Positions 8,741-17,617 of a stretch of 64,000 nt of DNA are shown here, piece by piece. This stretch comes from Candidatus Avigastranaerophilus sp. (GTDB lineage: Bacteria; Muiribacteriota; Ozemobacteria; Ozemobacterales; Ozemobacteraceae): the NCBI GenBank assembly GCA_045599645.1, contig JAZRWI010000014.1:4676-68675 (forward strand), given 5' to 3'. The notes under the pieces were generated by a model. That model ran no database searches and had not been told where the DNA came from. It was given only the letters and a program-made list of their open reading frames with translations. The translations under genes were made by a program, and so were the position numbers. Each line of letters starts with the position of its first letter. The first letter of the stretch is position 1.

Positions 8741-9987
8741 AAATTAAACAAGTAACATTCGCAAAAGGTAATTCAGCTTTTTATTTTGACGACCAGCGCG
8801 CAATCAAGGCTGGTGCCAAGCACGACGGTTTTGACTATGTCGGTAAACCGGTAACTCAGAAGTTTACACGCATCAGACAGGCCGGTCAGAGCATTGCTAT
8901 CATCCTCATGCTTGAAGATGGTCAGATTGCTAGTGGTGACTGTGCTGCAGTTCAGTATTCTGGTGCTGGTGGACGTGACCCGTTGTTCCTGGCTTCTGAA
9001 TTTATTCCGTTCCTTGAAAAGCACATTAAACCATTGCTTGAAGGTATGGAACTTGGTTCCTTCAGAGACATGGCCAAGAAATTCTGTGACCTCAAGATTG
9101 AAGGTAAGCCACTGCATTCAGCTATTAAGTATGGTTTGACCATGGCTCTTCTTGACGCCAAAGCTAAGTCAATGTTCCTCATGCCTGCAGAAGTAATCTG
9201 CAAGGAATACAACCTGCCAATCATTGCTAAGCGCGTTCCGATATTTGGTCAGAGTGGCGATGACAGATATGCTAACGTCGATAAGATGATTCTTAAGGGC
9301 GTTGAAGTTCTTCCACACGCTCTTATTAACAATGTTGAAGAAAAGCTCGGCCTTCAGGGCGAAAAGCTCAGAGAATACATCCATTGGCTTGTTAGCCGCA
9401 TCAGGGCTCTACGCATGGATGAAAGCTACAAACCAGACCTTCACATTGACGTATATGGCACTATCGGTCAGCTTTACAAGAACGATATGGACAAGGTTGC
9501 TGATTATGTTGCTTCTCTTGAAAAAGACGCTGGCGAATTCCAGCTCTACATTGAAGGTCCTGTTGACGTAGAAGCCAAGCTTCCTCAGATTGAAGCTCTC
9601 AAGAAAATACATGATAAGCTCAAAGCTATGGGTTCCAGCGTAAAGATTGTTGCTGACGAATGGTGTAATACCTACGAAGATATCAAGGAATTTACTGATG
9701 CCAAGTCTTGCGACATGGTTCAGATTAAGACACCGGACCTTGGTGGTATTCAGAACATCGTTGAAAGCGTTCTTTACTGCAAAGCTCACGGTATGGAAGC
9801 ATATCAGGGCGGCACCTGCAACGAAACTGACCAGACTGCAAGAATGTGTGTTCATCTGGCTGTTGCTGCTCAGGCTGAAAGAACTCTTGCTAAGCCGGGC
9901 ATGGGCTTTGACGAAGGCTTCACAATCGTTAATAACGAAATGGAAAGAATTATTGCTGTATTGAAGATGAAATACGGAGTTAAGTAA
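8737..9987 (+). CDS. mal: Methylaspartate ammonia-lyase
   Basis: FYFDDQRAIK, GDCAAVQYSGAGGRDPLF, QSGDDRY, LPHALINN, IVADEWCNT, QIKTPDLG, LAKPGMG; ATGA overlap with glmE stop. Confidence 0.97.
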   Translation: MKIKQVTFAKGNSAFYFDDQRAIKAGAKHDGFDYVGKPVTQKFTRIRQAGQSIAIILMLEDGQIASGDCAAVQYSGAGGRDPLFLASEFIPFLEKHIKPLLEGMELGSFRDMAKKFCDLKIEGKPLHSAIKYGLTMALLDAKAKSMFLMPAEVICKEYNLPIIAKRVPIFGQSGDDRYANVDKMILKGVEVLPHALINNVEEKLGLQGEKLREYIHWLVSRIRALRMDESYKPDLHIDVYGTIGQLYKNDMDKVADYVASLEKDAGEFQLYIEGPVDVEAKLPQIEALKKIHDKLKAMGSSVKIVADEWCNTYEDIKEFTDAKSCDMVQIKTPDLGGIQNIVESVLYCKAHGMEAYQGGTCNETDQTARMCVHLAVAAQAERTLAKPGMGFDEGFTIVNNEMERIIAVLKMKYGVK

Positions 9988-9989
9988 TT

Positions 9990-11366
9990 ATGGCAAAGAA
10001 AGAATTTAAAGTTTTATCACCAACCGCTATCCTTGGTTATGGTTTTCCAGAAGCTTCTTTTATGAAGGGTATGGAAAAGAAACCCGATTTGATCGCTGTT
10101 GACGCTGGTTCAACCGACCCGGGGCCATATTATCTTGGCGCTGGTAAGCCTTTCACAAACCGCGAAGCTGTTAAGCGCGATTTGACCTACATGATTGTTC
10201 ATGGCGTAAATAACAAGATTCCAGTAGTTGTTGGTACTGCTGGTGGTTCTGGTGCTGATGTTCACCTTGAATGGTGCCGCACTATCATTGAAGAAATTGC
10301 TGCTGAAAACAAGCTTTCCTTCAAGATGGGCATTATTCCTGCTGACGTAAGCAAGGAAGAATGCAAAAAGGCTCTCAAGGAAGGCCGCATCCAGCCATTG
10401 GCTTATGTTCCACAGCTTACAGAAGAAGCTATTGATGAAACCACATACCTTGTTGCTCAGATGGGCGTTGAACCAATTATTGATGCTCTCAAGGATAAAT
10501 GTGATGTAGTTCTTGCCGGTCGCTGCTATGACCCGGCCAACTTTGCTGCATTGCCAATTATGCTTGGCTACGACAAGGGACTTGCTCTTCATATGGGTAA
10601 GATTCTTGAATGCGCTGCAATCGCTGCTACTCCAGGTTCTGGCTCAGACTGCGCAATGGGCACTCTCACTGAAGACAGCTTCATTCTCGAAGCTCTTTCC
10701 CCAGATAGAAAGTTCACCTGCGAATCAGCCGCTGCTCATACTCTCTATGAAAAGACCGACCCATATCATCTGCCAGGCCCGGGCGGAGAACTCGACCTCA
10801 CTGGCTGCTCATTCAAGGATTTAGGCGAAGGCCGCGTAGAAGTTAAGGGAAGCAAGGACGTTCCAACTCCACGTTATTACGTTAAGCTGGAAGGCGCTCG
10901 CTGCATTGGCTATAGAACTGTCAGCATCGCTGGCACCCGCGACCCGATTATGATTGCTGGTATCGACAAGATTATCGATCAGGTTAAGGAACGTGTAAAC
11001 ACCATTACCAAAGACCCGCACAGAAGTGATAACCTGTATTTCCATGTATATGGCAAGAACGGCGTTATGGGCCCATTGGAAACCAATAAGAATGTTACCT
11101 CTCACGAACTTTGCATCGTAATCGAAGCACTCTGCAAGACTCAGGCTGAAGCTGATTCTCTCTGCAGTATAGCTCGTTCTACAATGCTTCACTATGGTTA
11201 TGAAGGCCGTATCTCTACTGCGGGTAACCTGGCTTTCCCGTTCTCTCCATCTGATATTACCGTTGGTAAGGTATTCGAATTCTCTGTTTACCATCTGATG
11301 GATATCGAAGGCAAGAAGCTTTTCCCGTTCCATATTGAATCCTATAAGAACGGTGCTAAGTGCTAA
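9990..11366 (+). CDS. AtuA-family (DUF1446-like) protein
   Basis: ILGYGFP, DAGSTDPGPYYLG, GTAGGSG, VAQMG.EP, HMGKILEC, AAHTLYEK, STAGNLAFP. Confidence 0.88.
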   Translation: MAKKEFKVLSPTAILGYGFPEASFMKGMEKKPDLIAVDAGSTDPGPYYLGAGKPFTNREAVKRDLTYMIVHGVNNKIPVVVGTAGGSGADVHLEWCRTIIEEIAAENKLSFKMGIIPADVSKEECKKALKEGRIQPLAYVPQLTEEAIDETTYLVAQMGVEPIIDALKDKCDVVLAGRCYDPANFAALPIMLGYDKGLALHMGKILECAAIAATPGSGSDCAMGTLTEDSFILEALSPDRKFTCESAAAHTLYEKTDPYHLPGPGGELDLTGCSFKDLGEGRVEVKGSKDVPTPRYYVKLEGARCIGYRTVSIAGTRDPIMIAGIDKIIDQVKERVNTITKDPHRSDNLYFHVYGKNGVMGPLETNKNVTSHELCIVIEALCKTQAEADSLCSIARSTMLHYGYEGRISTAGNLAFPFSPSDITVGKVFEFSVYHLMDIEGKKLFPFHIESYKNGAKC

Positions 11367-11373
11367 GGGGGAA

Positions 11374-11691
11374 ATGAAAATGAAAAGAAACATACTTGAA
11401 GCTGCAAAAGTCATTCGTTCCAAGAACTCAGGCCCATTTGAACTGACCTTCGATATTATGTTCAAAAGCAAGGAATATTTCGAAGAATTCAAGAACAAGC
11501 AGATTATCAATAAGGCTCAGTTTGCTAAGCTTTATGGTATTCCTGAAGATGATGTTGAAACCATCGTCTGGTTCTCTCCGGCTAATGCAGTGAAGGTTAC
11601 AATCAAGCGCCCATGGGCTTCTGGCGCACCAGGTGAAACTGACATCTACGGTGCCCAGCAGCACGCACCAATCTTCTCAATCGAATTCTAA
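11374..11691 (+). CDS. DUF4387 domain protein
   Basis: AKVIRSKNSGPFELTFDI and GETDIYGAQQHAP. Confidence 0.9.
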   Translation: MKMKRNILEAAKVIRSKNSGPFELTFDIMFKSKEYFEEFKNKQIINKAQFAKLYGIPEDDVETIVWFSPANAVKVTIKRPWASGAPGETDIYGAQQHAPIFSIEF

Positions 11692-11713
11692 TTAATATCA
11701 GGATAGGTTCAAA

Positions 11714-11764
11714 AAATATAACATACCCCGAGTATATGAAATATACCCGGGGTATGTTATATTT
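11714..11764. terminator. Long stem-loop closing the glutamate mutase operon
   Basis: AAATATAACATACCCCGAGTATAT-GAA-ATATACCCGGGGTATGTTATATTT, about 24-bp stem with one mismatch. Confidence 0.75.
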
Positions 11765-11790
11765 AATCTCATCTAAGGGATTATAACAAA

Positions 11791-12840
11791 ATGGAAAAGG
11801 TTCAACAGAGACTAGATTATTTAGATATCGCTAAGGCAATAGGTATTTTTTTTGTAATTGTTGGTCATGTGGCTGGTAATTTGGATACACCATTATATCG
11901 AGTGGTGCTGTATTATTTTCATATGCCTTTATTCTTTATGATTACTGGGTTATTGGTAAGTCGTAAAGAGGTAGAATTTAATAAGGAGTATATTAAGAAT
12001 TTCATATATAAAAATTTATATGCTTTAATGCTGCCATTTCTATTGTGGGGACTTATATATTCGACTTTTAACTATACAAATCTACTAAAAATATTATATG
12101 GTTCGTGGGAAAGTCTTACTAGTGCTAATACTTTGACGTCTTTGTGGTATTTGCCAGCTTTGTTTTGTGCGAGAATAGAAATGGAATTTTTTTTACAATT
12201 TACAAAAAAAATTCCTCTTCCTCTCTGGTTGCTTGATATTTTGTGTGCCATAGCTGTTTTTGCTGTTGCTGTTAATTTACCCAAATTTGAATTTGGATAT
12301 TTGTGGTGTTTCGATATTTCGCTGTTGGGTTTTGCTTTTATGCTTATTGGTAATGCCTTAAAACAGATTGTTCATTTTTTGAATACAAAGAGCATTGCTT
12401 ATAGCTTTATGATACTTGCTGCAAGTTTGGTTGCATTTTATTCTGGAACATTTGCTAGAACTTCTGAAGTAGAATTGGTGCTTCTTTGTAGTAAACAGTT
12501 AGGAAATTTGAATTATTTATTTTTAAATGCCATTAGTGGAAGCTTTGCTGTTATTGCTTTTTCTCTAATTATTTCAAGAATGTTCATACATCATAAAGAA
12601 AATAGAGTTTATAAAAGAATTCTTTGGATAGGCAGTAACACTATTGCGATATTCCTGCTGCATAAGCCTTTTCTGCAACAGGTTGTTTTGTGGGATTTTA
12701 AGGCTATTGGTCTTACCGGACCGGAGTCGTTGATTGCTGTTTATGCTTCAATATTTGCGCTGTTGGTTTGTTGTGTTATTATTAAACCAATAGACAGTTG
12801 CATACCCCAGTTATTTGGTCATCGCCCTAAAAACATTTAA
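11791..12840 (+). CDS. Acyltransferase-3 family membrane O-acyltransferase
   Basis: RLDYLDIAKAIGIFFVIVGH, FHMPLFF, LWYLPALF, IGSNTIAIFLLH; multiple TM segments. Confidence 0.9.
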   Translation: MEKVQQRLDYLDIAKAIGIFFVIVGHVAGNLDTPLYRVVLYYFHMPLFFMITGLLVSRKEVEFNKEYIKNFIYKNLYALMLPFLLWGLIYSTFNYTNLLKILYGSWESLTSANTLTSLWYLPALFCARIEMEFFLQFTKKIPLPLWLLDILCAIAVFAVAVNLPKFEFGYLWCFDISLLGFAFMLIGNALKQIVHFLNTKSIAYSFMILAASLVAFYSGTFARTSEVELVLLCSKQLGNLNYLFLNAISGSFAVIAFSLIISRMFIHHKENRVYKRILWIGSNTIAIFLLHKPFLQQVVLWDFKAIGLTGPESLIAVYASIFALLVCCVIIKPIDSCIPQLFGHRPKNI

Positions 12841-12880
12841 AATATTGATGGCTTAAAATTTTGTAATAAAGGAAATTACT

Positions 12881-13840
12881 ATGGCTGAATTACGTAGCCC
12901 ATTTATGAATTCTACTACACATCACTTTGAGCCTTTGCTGCTTGCTTCTTATTATGCACCCAGAGGAAGGCCAAGAATGTATCAGCTTGGAACAATGGTT
13001 GCGCAGCGTTATCTTAACCCCAATGACCTTGTAATCGGAATCATAGGCGGTGAAGGGGCAGGGAAGTCAACACTGATTAAAGGCTTGTTCCCAGGCTTGG
13101 AACTGACCAATGATGATGAAGGTGTAAATATAAAAACCGCTCCAATTTACGATTTCCAACCAGACAATTTTTTTGCTCCGCATACTTTCCACTTGGATAT
13201 TCGATACGAACTGGCTTTTCATCAGCCTTTTGAAATTGTTGATGCTGTGAATCTTGCTGTTGAGAATGGCCGTCGCGTCGTAATGGAGCACTTTGACCTT
13301 ATTTATGAACATCTTGGCTACAATGCCCAGATTATATTTGCCATAGGTGAAGAGCTTGTTATTGCCAGACCAACAGTTTTCGGTCCGTTCCCTTCTGAAA
13401 TAAAGGCTCATTGCGACAAGACAGCTCCATTCAGAAGAATGGCTCACTCTGCAGAAGACATAGCAAGCTACATTCTTTTAACTGACTATAACTACAAACG
13501 CGAAGTTTTACATTCTGACGTTAAGCACGGGTTTGTTATTAAATTTCCTGAAATTCCTAATATCAGTATTGCAGAGCTCGAAGCTAAGATTAAGAAGGTT
13601 ATTGCTGATGACCTGCCAATCGGTGTTGCTGGTGGTAACTACATTTATATCGGTGATTGGAAAATTTTTTGCAATGGCCCGAGAACTCACATGAAGCGCA
13701 CTGGCGAAATTGATAATCTTCGTTTATGGCCAGAATACGTCTATGATCCGATTTGGAAGGAATACATGCTTATTGGCATGGTTGGTCCAGACCGCGAGCA
13801 TCTTGGCATTAAGGGTATTCACTATTTCTCTGATGACTGA
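12881..13840 (+). CDS. P-loop protein fused to AlaRS/ThrRS second additional (editing-like) domain
   Basis: Walker A GGEGAGKST; RRMAHSAEDI and FCNGPRTH resemble HxxxH/CxxxH editing motifs. Confidence 0.75.
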   Translation: MAELRSPFMNSTTHHFEPLLLASYYAPRGRPRMYQLGTMVAQRYLNPNDLVIGIIGGEGAGKSTLIKGLFPGLELTNDDEGVNIKTAPIYDFQPDNFFAPHTFHLDIRYELAFHQPFEIVDAVNLAVENGRRVVMEHFDLIYEHLGYNAQIIFAIGEELVIARPTVFGPFPSEIKAHCDKTAPFRRMAHSAEDIASYILLTDYNYKREVLHSDVKHGFVIKFPEIPNISIAELEAKIKKVIADDLPIGVAGGNYIYIGDWKIFCNGPRTHMKRTGEIDNLRLWPEYVYDPIWKEYMLIGMVGPDREHLGIKGIHYFSDD

Positions 13841-13847
13841 TAATTAG

Positions 13848-14026
13848 CTATTGGCTATTTGCCCTTAGCTTTTGGCCGAGAAATAACAGCCGCTGACAGC
13901 CGTCAGCTACCGGCTCACAGCCGAGAAAGTAGCAGTTATCTGCTATCCAATCTCGGCCAATGGCTACAGGCTAGTAGCTAATAGCGTATAAGATCACACT
14001 TCTAACCACCACATCTATAAGATAAT
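13848..14026. repeat. Dispersed heptamer-arm hairpin element, copy 1
   Basis: Arms 13848-13881 and 13951-13984 are imperfect inverted repeats (TTGGCCGAGA/TCTCGGCCAA core); 13951-14026 recurs at 15626-15701 and partly at 17392-17445. Confidence 0.85.
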
Positions 14027-14038
14027 AGAAATTATGAA

Positions 14039-15229
14039 TTATCTGTCGTATTGCTTGTCGAGCTTCGCTGCGGCGGCAGCACGGGTTTTGCATAAATCAG
14101 ACCATTTGGGCATTTTTTCATATAGCAGTGCAAAGTCTTTCATTAAGGCAGGAACATCAATGCTCTGAGGGCATGTTCTAGAGCATTTACCACAACCAAT
14201 ACATGCCAGGGGTAATTCTTTTTCGGTGAAGGAATCCAAAGACATGCTGGCGCCTATATCCATGTTGAATTTTGCATTATTATAAAGCTTAATCAACAGG
14301 GGTATGTTTAGGTTTTGTGGGCAACCTTCAACACAATAACCACAGCCGGTGCAAGGAACAGAATTCTTCAGGTTTTCTGCGATTCCTGAAAGCAGTTCTT
14401 TTTCTGATTCAGATAATGGTTTGTCTTCGGAAAAGGTTTTTATGTTATCCTGAACTTGTTGCATATTTGACATACCGCTTAGAATCATAGTTACACCAGG
14501 TATGTCTTTAACCCATCTGAAAGCCCAGCTTGCAGATGATTCTGAAGGCCTTGATTCTCTCAGCTTATTAGTGTTTTCTTCGCTCAGATTAGCTAATTTG
14601 CCGCCTCTGACAGGTTCCATAACCCATATTGGGATGTTGTGCTTATTCAATAGCTTAACCTTTTCGTTAGCGTCCTGTAAGGTCCAGTCGAGATAATTAA
14701 GCTGAATCTGGCAGAATTCCATTATCGAACCATAGCGACTTAGAAATTCTTGTAAAGTATCTAATCTGGCATGTGTTGAAAAGCCCAGATGCTTGATTCG
14801 GCCTGCCTTTTTCTGTTCTAATAAATAATCAATAATTCCCCATTTTTCAGAATAATAGGTTTTAACAGAGTTTTCATAAACATTGTGGAGAAGATAAAAA
14901 TCGAAATAATCTGTTTTGCACTTTTTAAGCTGTATTTCAAAGGTTTTTTGAACATTATACTCTGTAGCTAACTGATGACCTGGGAATTTGTCTGCAAGAT
15001 AAAAGCTTTCTCTCGGATACTGAGAAAGTATTTCCCCAGCTACTATTTCGCTATAGCCACCGTGATATGGGGCAGCCGTGTCGAAATAATTAACACCGTT
15101 TTTTATTGCGTAATCAATCATTTGCCTTGTCAATTCAATGTTGATGCTGCCTTTTTCATCAACTGGCAGTCGCATTAATCCAAAACCAAGATTTGATAGT
15201 TTTTTACCTTTAAAATTGTTGTATTCCAT
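14039..15229 (-). CDS. Aldo/keto reductase with C-terminal 4Fe-4S dicluster domain
   Basis: LGFGLMRLP, YFDTAAPY, DYFDFYLLH, QIQLNYLD, VMEPVRGG, CTGCGYC..CP, CIGCGKC..CPQ. Confidence 0.93.
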   Translation of the reverse strand: MEYNNFKGKKLSNLGFGLMRLPVDEKGSINIELTRQMIDYAIKNGVNYFDTAAPYHGGYSEIVAGEILSQYPRESFYLADKFPGHQLATEYNVQKTFEIQLKKCKTDYFDFYLLHNVYENSVKTYYSEKWGIIDYLLEQKKAGRIKHLGFSTHARLDTLQEFLSRYGSIMEFCQIQLNYLDWTLQDANEKVKLLNKHNIPIWVMEPVRGGKLANLSEENTNKLRESRPSESSASWAFRWVKDIPGVTMILSGMSNMQQVQDNIKTFSEDKPLSESEKELLSGIAENLKNSVPCTGCGYCVEGCPQNLNIPLLIKLYNNAKFNMDIGASMSLDSFTEKELPLACIGCGKCSRTCPQSIDVPALMKDFALLYEKMPKWSDLCKTRAAAAAKLDKQYDR

Positions 15230-15514
15230 TTTTTTTACCCCTGATTATTCATAACACTTTTTTAAACTGAAATCAATGGCAGGCGTTCCCGCAAGCAAAA
15301 CTGCAAGATTGAAGTAAAAAAATCGTGGTAGCAGCGGATAACATGATGAGGGCAGATGAAGCAGGCCAAACAGCCGAGATTTTTAGCCTCGGCCTTAGAG
15401 GGTTTCTGCTTTGCTTAACCGACTTAGTGCTATGCGAGAGTTTGTAAGGAAATCGCCCCTGCGTGGCCTTCCTCCGTAGATAAAGTAAGTAAAGGAACTG
15501 TCTTGGCATAAAAT

Positions 15515-15611
15515 CGCCCCTGCGAGGCCTTCCTCCGTTGTGGGGGAAGGTGGCACGCGTAGCGTGTCGGATGAGGGTGCCCTTCTCGACTGTGAGCTGG
15601 GAGCCGGTAGT
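15515..15611. repeat. GC-rich REP-like element, left inverted copy upstream of AAA ATPase gene
   Basis: CGCCCCTGCGAGGCCTTCCTCC...GGGGGAAGGTGGCACGCGTAGCGTGTCGGATGAGGGT is the imperfect reverse complement of 17219-17323; its start is duplicated at 15450-15477. Confidence 0.85.
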
Positions 15612-15625
15612 TATTAGTTGCTAAT

Positions 15626-15701
15626 TCTCGGCCAAAAGCTACAAGCTAACTGCTAATAGCTTATAAAATCACACTTCTACCCACCACATCTATAAAATAA
15701 T
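15626..15701. repeat. Dispersed element, copy 2 (heptamer arm plus TATAAAATCACACTTCTACCCACC end)
   Basis: 66/76 identical to 13951-14026 by manual alignment. Confidence 0.88.
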
Positions 15702-15817
15702 CTGAAAAATGTAAGAAAAAGTGTTGAAAAATTGATTTTTAAAATCTGAAAAGTGTAAGAAAAAGTGTATAAAATTTGAATTTTAAAGTTTGAAAAGTGT
15801 AAGAAAAAGTGTATAAT
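15701..15817 (+). promoter_or_regulatory. 44-bp tandem repeats (about 2.6 units) overlapping a sigma70-like promoter
   Basis: Units at 15701, 15745, 15789 (TGAAAAGTGTAAGAAAAAGTGT); TTGAAA 15790-15795 and TATAAT 15812-15817. Confidence 0.75.
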
Positions 15818-15845
15818 AAAAGTATAAGTTGGTTGGAGGGCTGAT

Positions 15846-17213
15846 ATGCTGATACGTAAAGTATATGAAAAAATATGCGAATACAAGGGTAAGAAAAAGG
15901 CACTGTTACTTACCGGCGCTAGACAGATTGGCAAAAGTTCTATTGCTAGAGAATTTGGAAAAAAGAAATATAATCAGCTTATAGAAATTAACTTTTTGAA
16001 AGATAAATCTGCGTATGAGGCTCTGAAAGATGTTTCAGACACTGATGAGCTTCTCAGAGTTCTTTCTACATTTGCAAAAGAACCATTAAAAAAAGGTAAT
16101 ACATTATTTCTTTTTGACGAAGTTCAAGAAATACCTGACCTTCTTACACATATCAAATTCCTTGTTGAAGATGGCAGATATGATTATATACTGACCGGTT
16201 CTCTGCTAGGTGTTAAATTAAAAGACATAAGATCAATACCTGTTGGCTTTATGGATACCATAGAAATGTATCCCATGAATTTTGAAGAATTCTGTATGGC
16301 TAATGGAATTCAGCAGGATGTTTTTAAATATTTAAAAGAACAATATGAAAAAGAAGTTCCAGTTAATGATTTTATACACGAAAAGTTAATGTTGCTTTTC
16401 AGGCTCTATTTAATCGTTGGTGGTATGCCAGAGGCTGTTCAGACCTATATTGATACGAATGACCTTAATGCTGTTGCGCAGATACAGAAGAATATCATAG
16501 AAACCTATAAATATGATATTGCTAAGTATGATGCCAACAACAAACTTCACTTAGATGAAATCTTAGAGTCAATTCCGTCAGAACTTAACTCAAAGAATAA
16601 GCGCTTTATTCTTAAGAAACTAAATGAAAATGCCCGATTTTCAAAATATGAAAACAGCTTTGAATGGCTTAAGCATGCTGGAGTAGCTTTGCCAACATAT
16701 GTTGTTGAAGAACCCAAAGTGCCATTGACTCTTTCTAAGAAAGTTAATCTGTTTAAGTTATTTATGAATGATGTGGGTTTACTTGCATCATTATATGAAA
16801 CTGGTGATTTGCAACTCAAACTGTTGAAAAATGAGCTTTCGATAAATAATGGCGCTATATTCGAAAATGCTGTGGCGCAGGAATTGAAAGCTCACGGCTA
16901 TAATCTGTATTATTATTCTTCTAAGAAATTAGGCGAAATAGACTTTCTGATTGAACACGGCGATAAGGTTCTTCCTGTAGAAGTTAAATCTGGTGCAAGA
17001 TACAAGGAACATACAGCACTGAATAATCTTATGGATACCTATAAACTGAAAAAAGGATTTGTTTTCGCAGATTGCAACATTTGCAAAACCAAAACAGTTA
17101 CCTATTACCCAGTTTATATGTTAATGTTTCTTAGACCAAAAGAGCTACCCAAGAACCTGATTTATAAAATCGATCTTTCAGATTTGAACAAATACCTAAA
17201 GCATAATCTTTAA
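15846..17213 (+). CDS. AAA_14 ATPase with DUF4143 / PD-(D/E)XK C-terminus
   Basis: GARQIGKS, FDEVQE, TGSLLG, MYPMNFEEF, VGGMPE, KLFMNDVG, FENAVAQEL, EIDF...PVEVKS. Confidence 0.92.
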   Translation: MLIRKVYEKICEYKGKKKALLLTGARQIGKSSIAREFGKKKYNQLIEINFLKDKSAYEALKDVSDTDELLRVLSTFAKEPLKKGNTLFLFDEVQEIPDLLTHIKFLVEDGRYDYILTGSLLGVKLKDIRSIPVGFMDTIEMYPMNFEEFCMANGIQQDVFKYLKEQYEKEVPVNDFIHEKLMLLFRLYLIVGGMPEAVQTYIDTNDLNAVAQIQKNIIETYKYDIAKYDANNKLHLDEILESIPSELNSKNKRFILKKLNENARFSKYENSFEWLKHAGVALPTYVVEEPKVPLTLSKKVNLFKLFMNDVGLLASLYETGDLQLKLLKNELSINNGAIFENAVAQELKAHGYNLYYYSSKKLGEIDFLIEHGDKVLPVEVKSGARYKEHTALNNLMDTYKLKKGFVFADCNICKTKTVTYYPVYMLMFLRPKELPKNLIYKIDLSDLNKYLKHNL

Positions 17214-17218
17214 GAAGA

Positions 17219-17323
17219 CAGCTACCAGCCATCGGCTATCAGCTCTCAGCCGAGAAAGGAACCCTCATCCGTCATGCTACGCGTGCCACCTTCTCCCTAT
17301 GAGGAAGAAGGCCTCGCAGGGCG
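17219..17323. repeat. GC-rich REP-like element, right inverted copy, with CAGCTAN-type heptamers
   Basis: CAGCTAC CAGCCAT CGGCTAT CAGCTCT CAGCCGA GAAAGG then ACCCTCATCCGTCATGCTACGCGTGCCACCTTCTCCC...GAAGGCCTCGCAGGGCG. Confidence 0.85.
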
Positions 17324-17391
17324 GTATATCTTAGTCATCGGCCACAAGCGTATAGAATCACCATTATACATCCACTGCTATTGAATGCTGC

Positions 17392-17445
17392 TTTCGGACA
17401 ACAGCTAAAAGCTAATAGCCAACAGCCTATAAAATCACACTTCTA
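17392..17445. repeat. Dispersed element, copy 3 (partial)
   Basis: TTTCGGACAACAGCTAAAAGCTAATAGCCAACAGCCTATAAAATCACACTTCTA, 45/54 identical to copy 2. Confidence 0.8.
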
Positions 17446-17617
17446 TATTTATCTATTGTCTGTAATTCTTACTGTTTATTTGATTCCCGCATTGTATTAT
17501 AAGATTTATTCAAGATAGTTGGAATGCTTTGTGATATAATTAGTAAATGCTTTAATAGTTAACAGACAAGGCACGTTTTAAATGTTTGTGAATCTCAAAA
17601 GCGCATAAGGAGCAAAT

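Noticed and set aside
10821-11510. Long antisense ORF (229 aa) and similar shadow ORFs across the glm operon, prlC, rpsB and tsf
   Set aside because: Expected by-product of biased codon usage on the coding strand; no independent signals
15273-15934. Minus-strand ORFs of 78 and 85 aa
   Set aside because: They span repeats or overlap the ATPase start; no recognisable motifs
13848-17445. Integron attC cassette array
   Set aside because: No RYYYAAC/GTTRRRY boxes and no integrase; genes have mixed orientation and their own promoters
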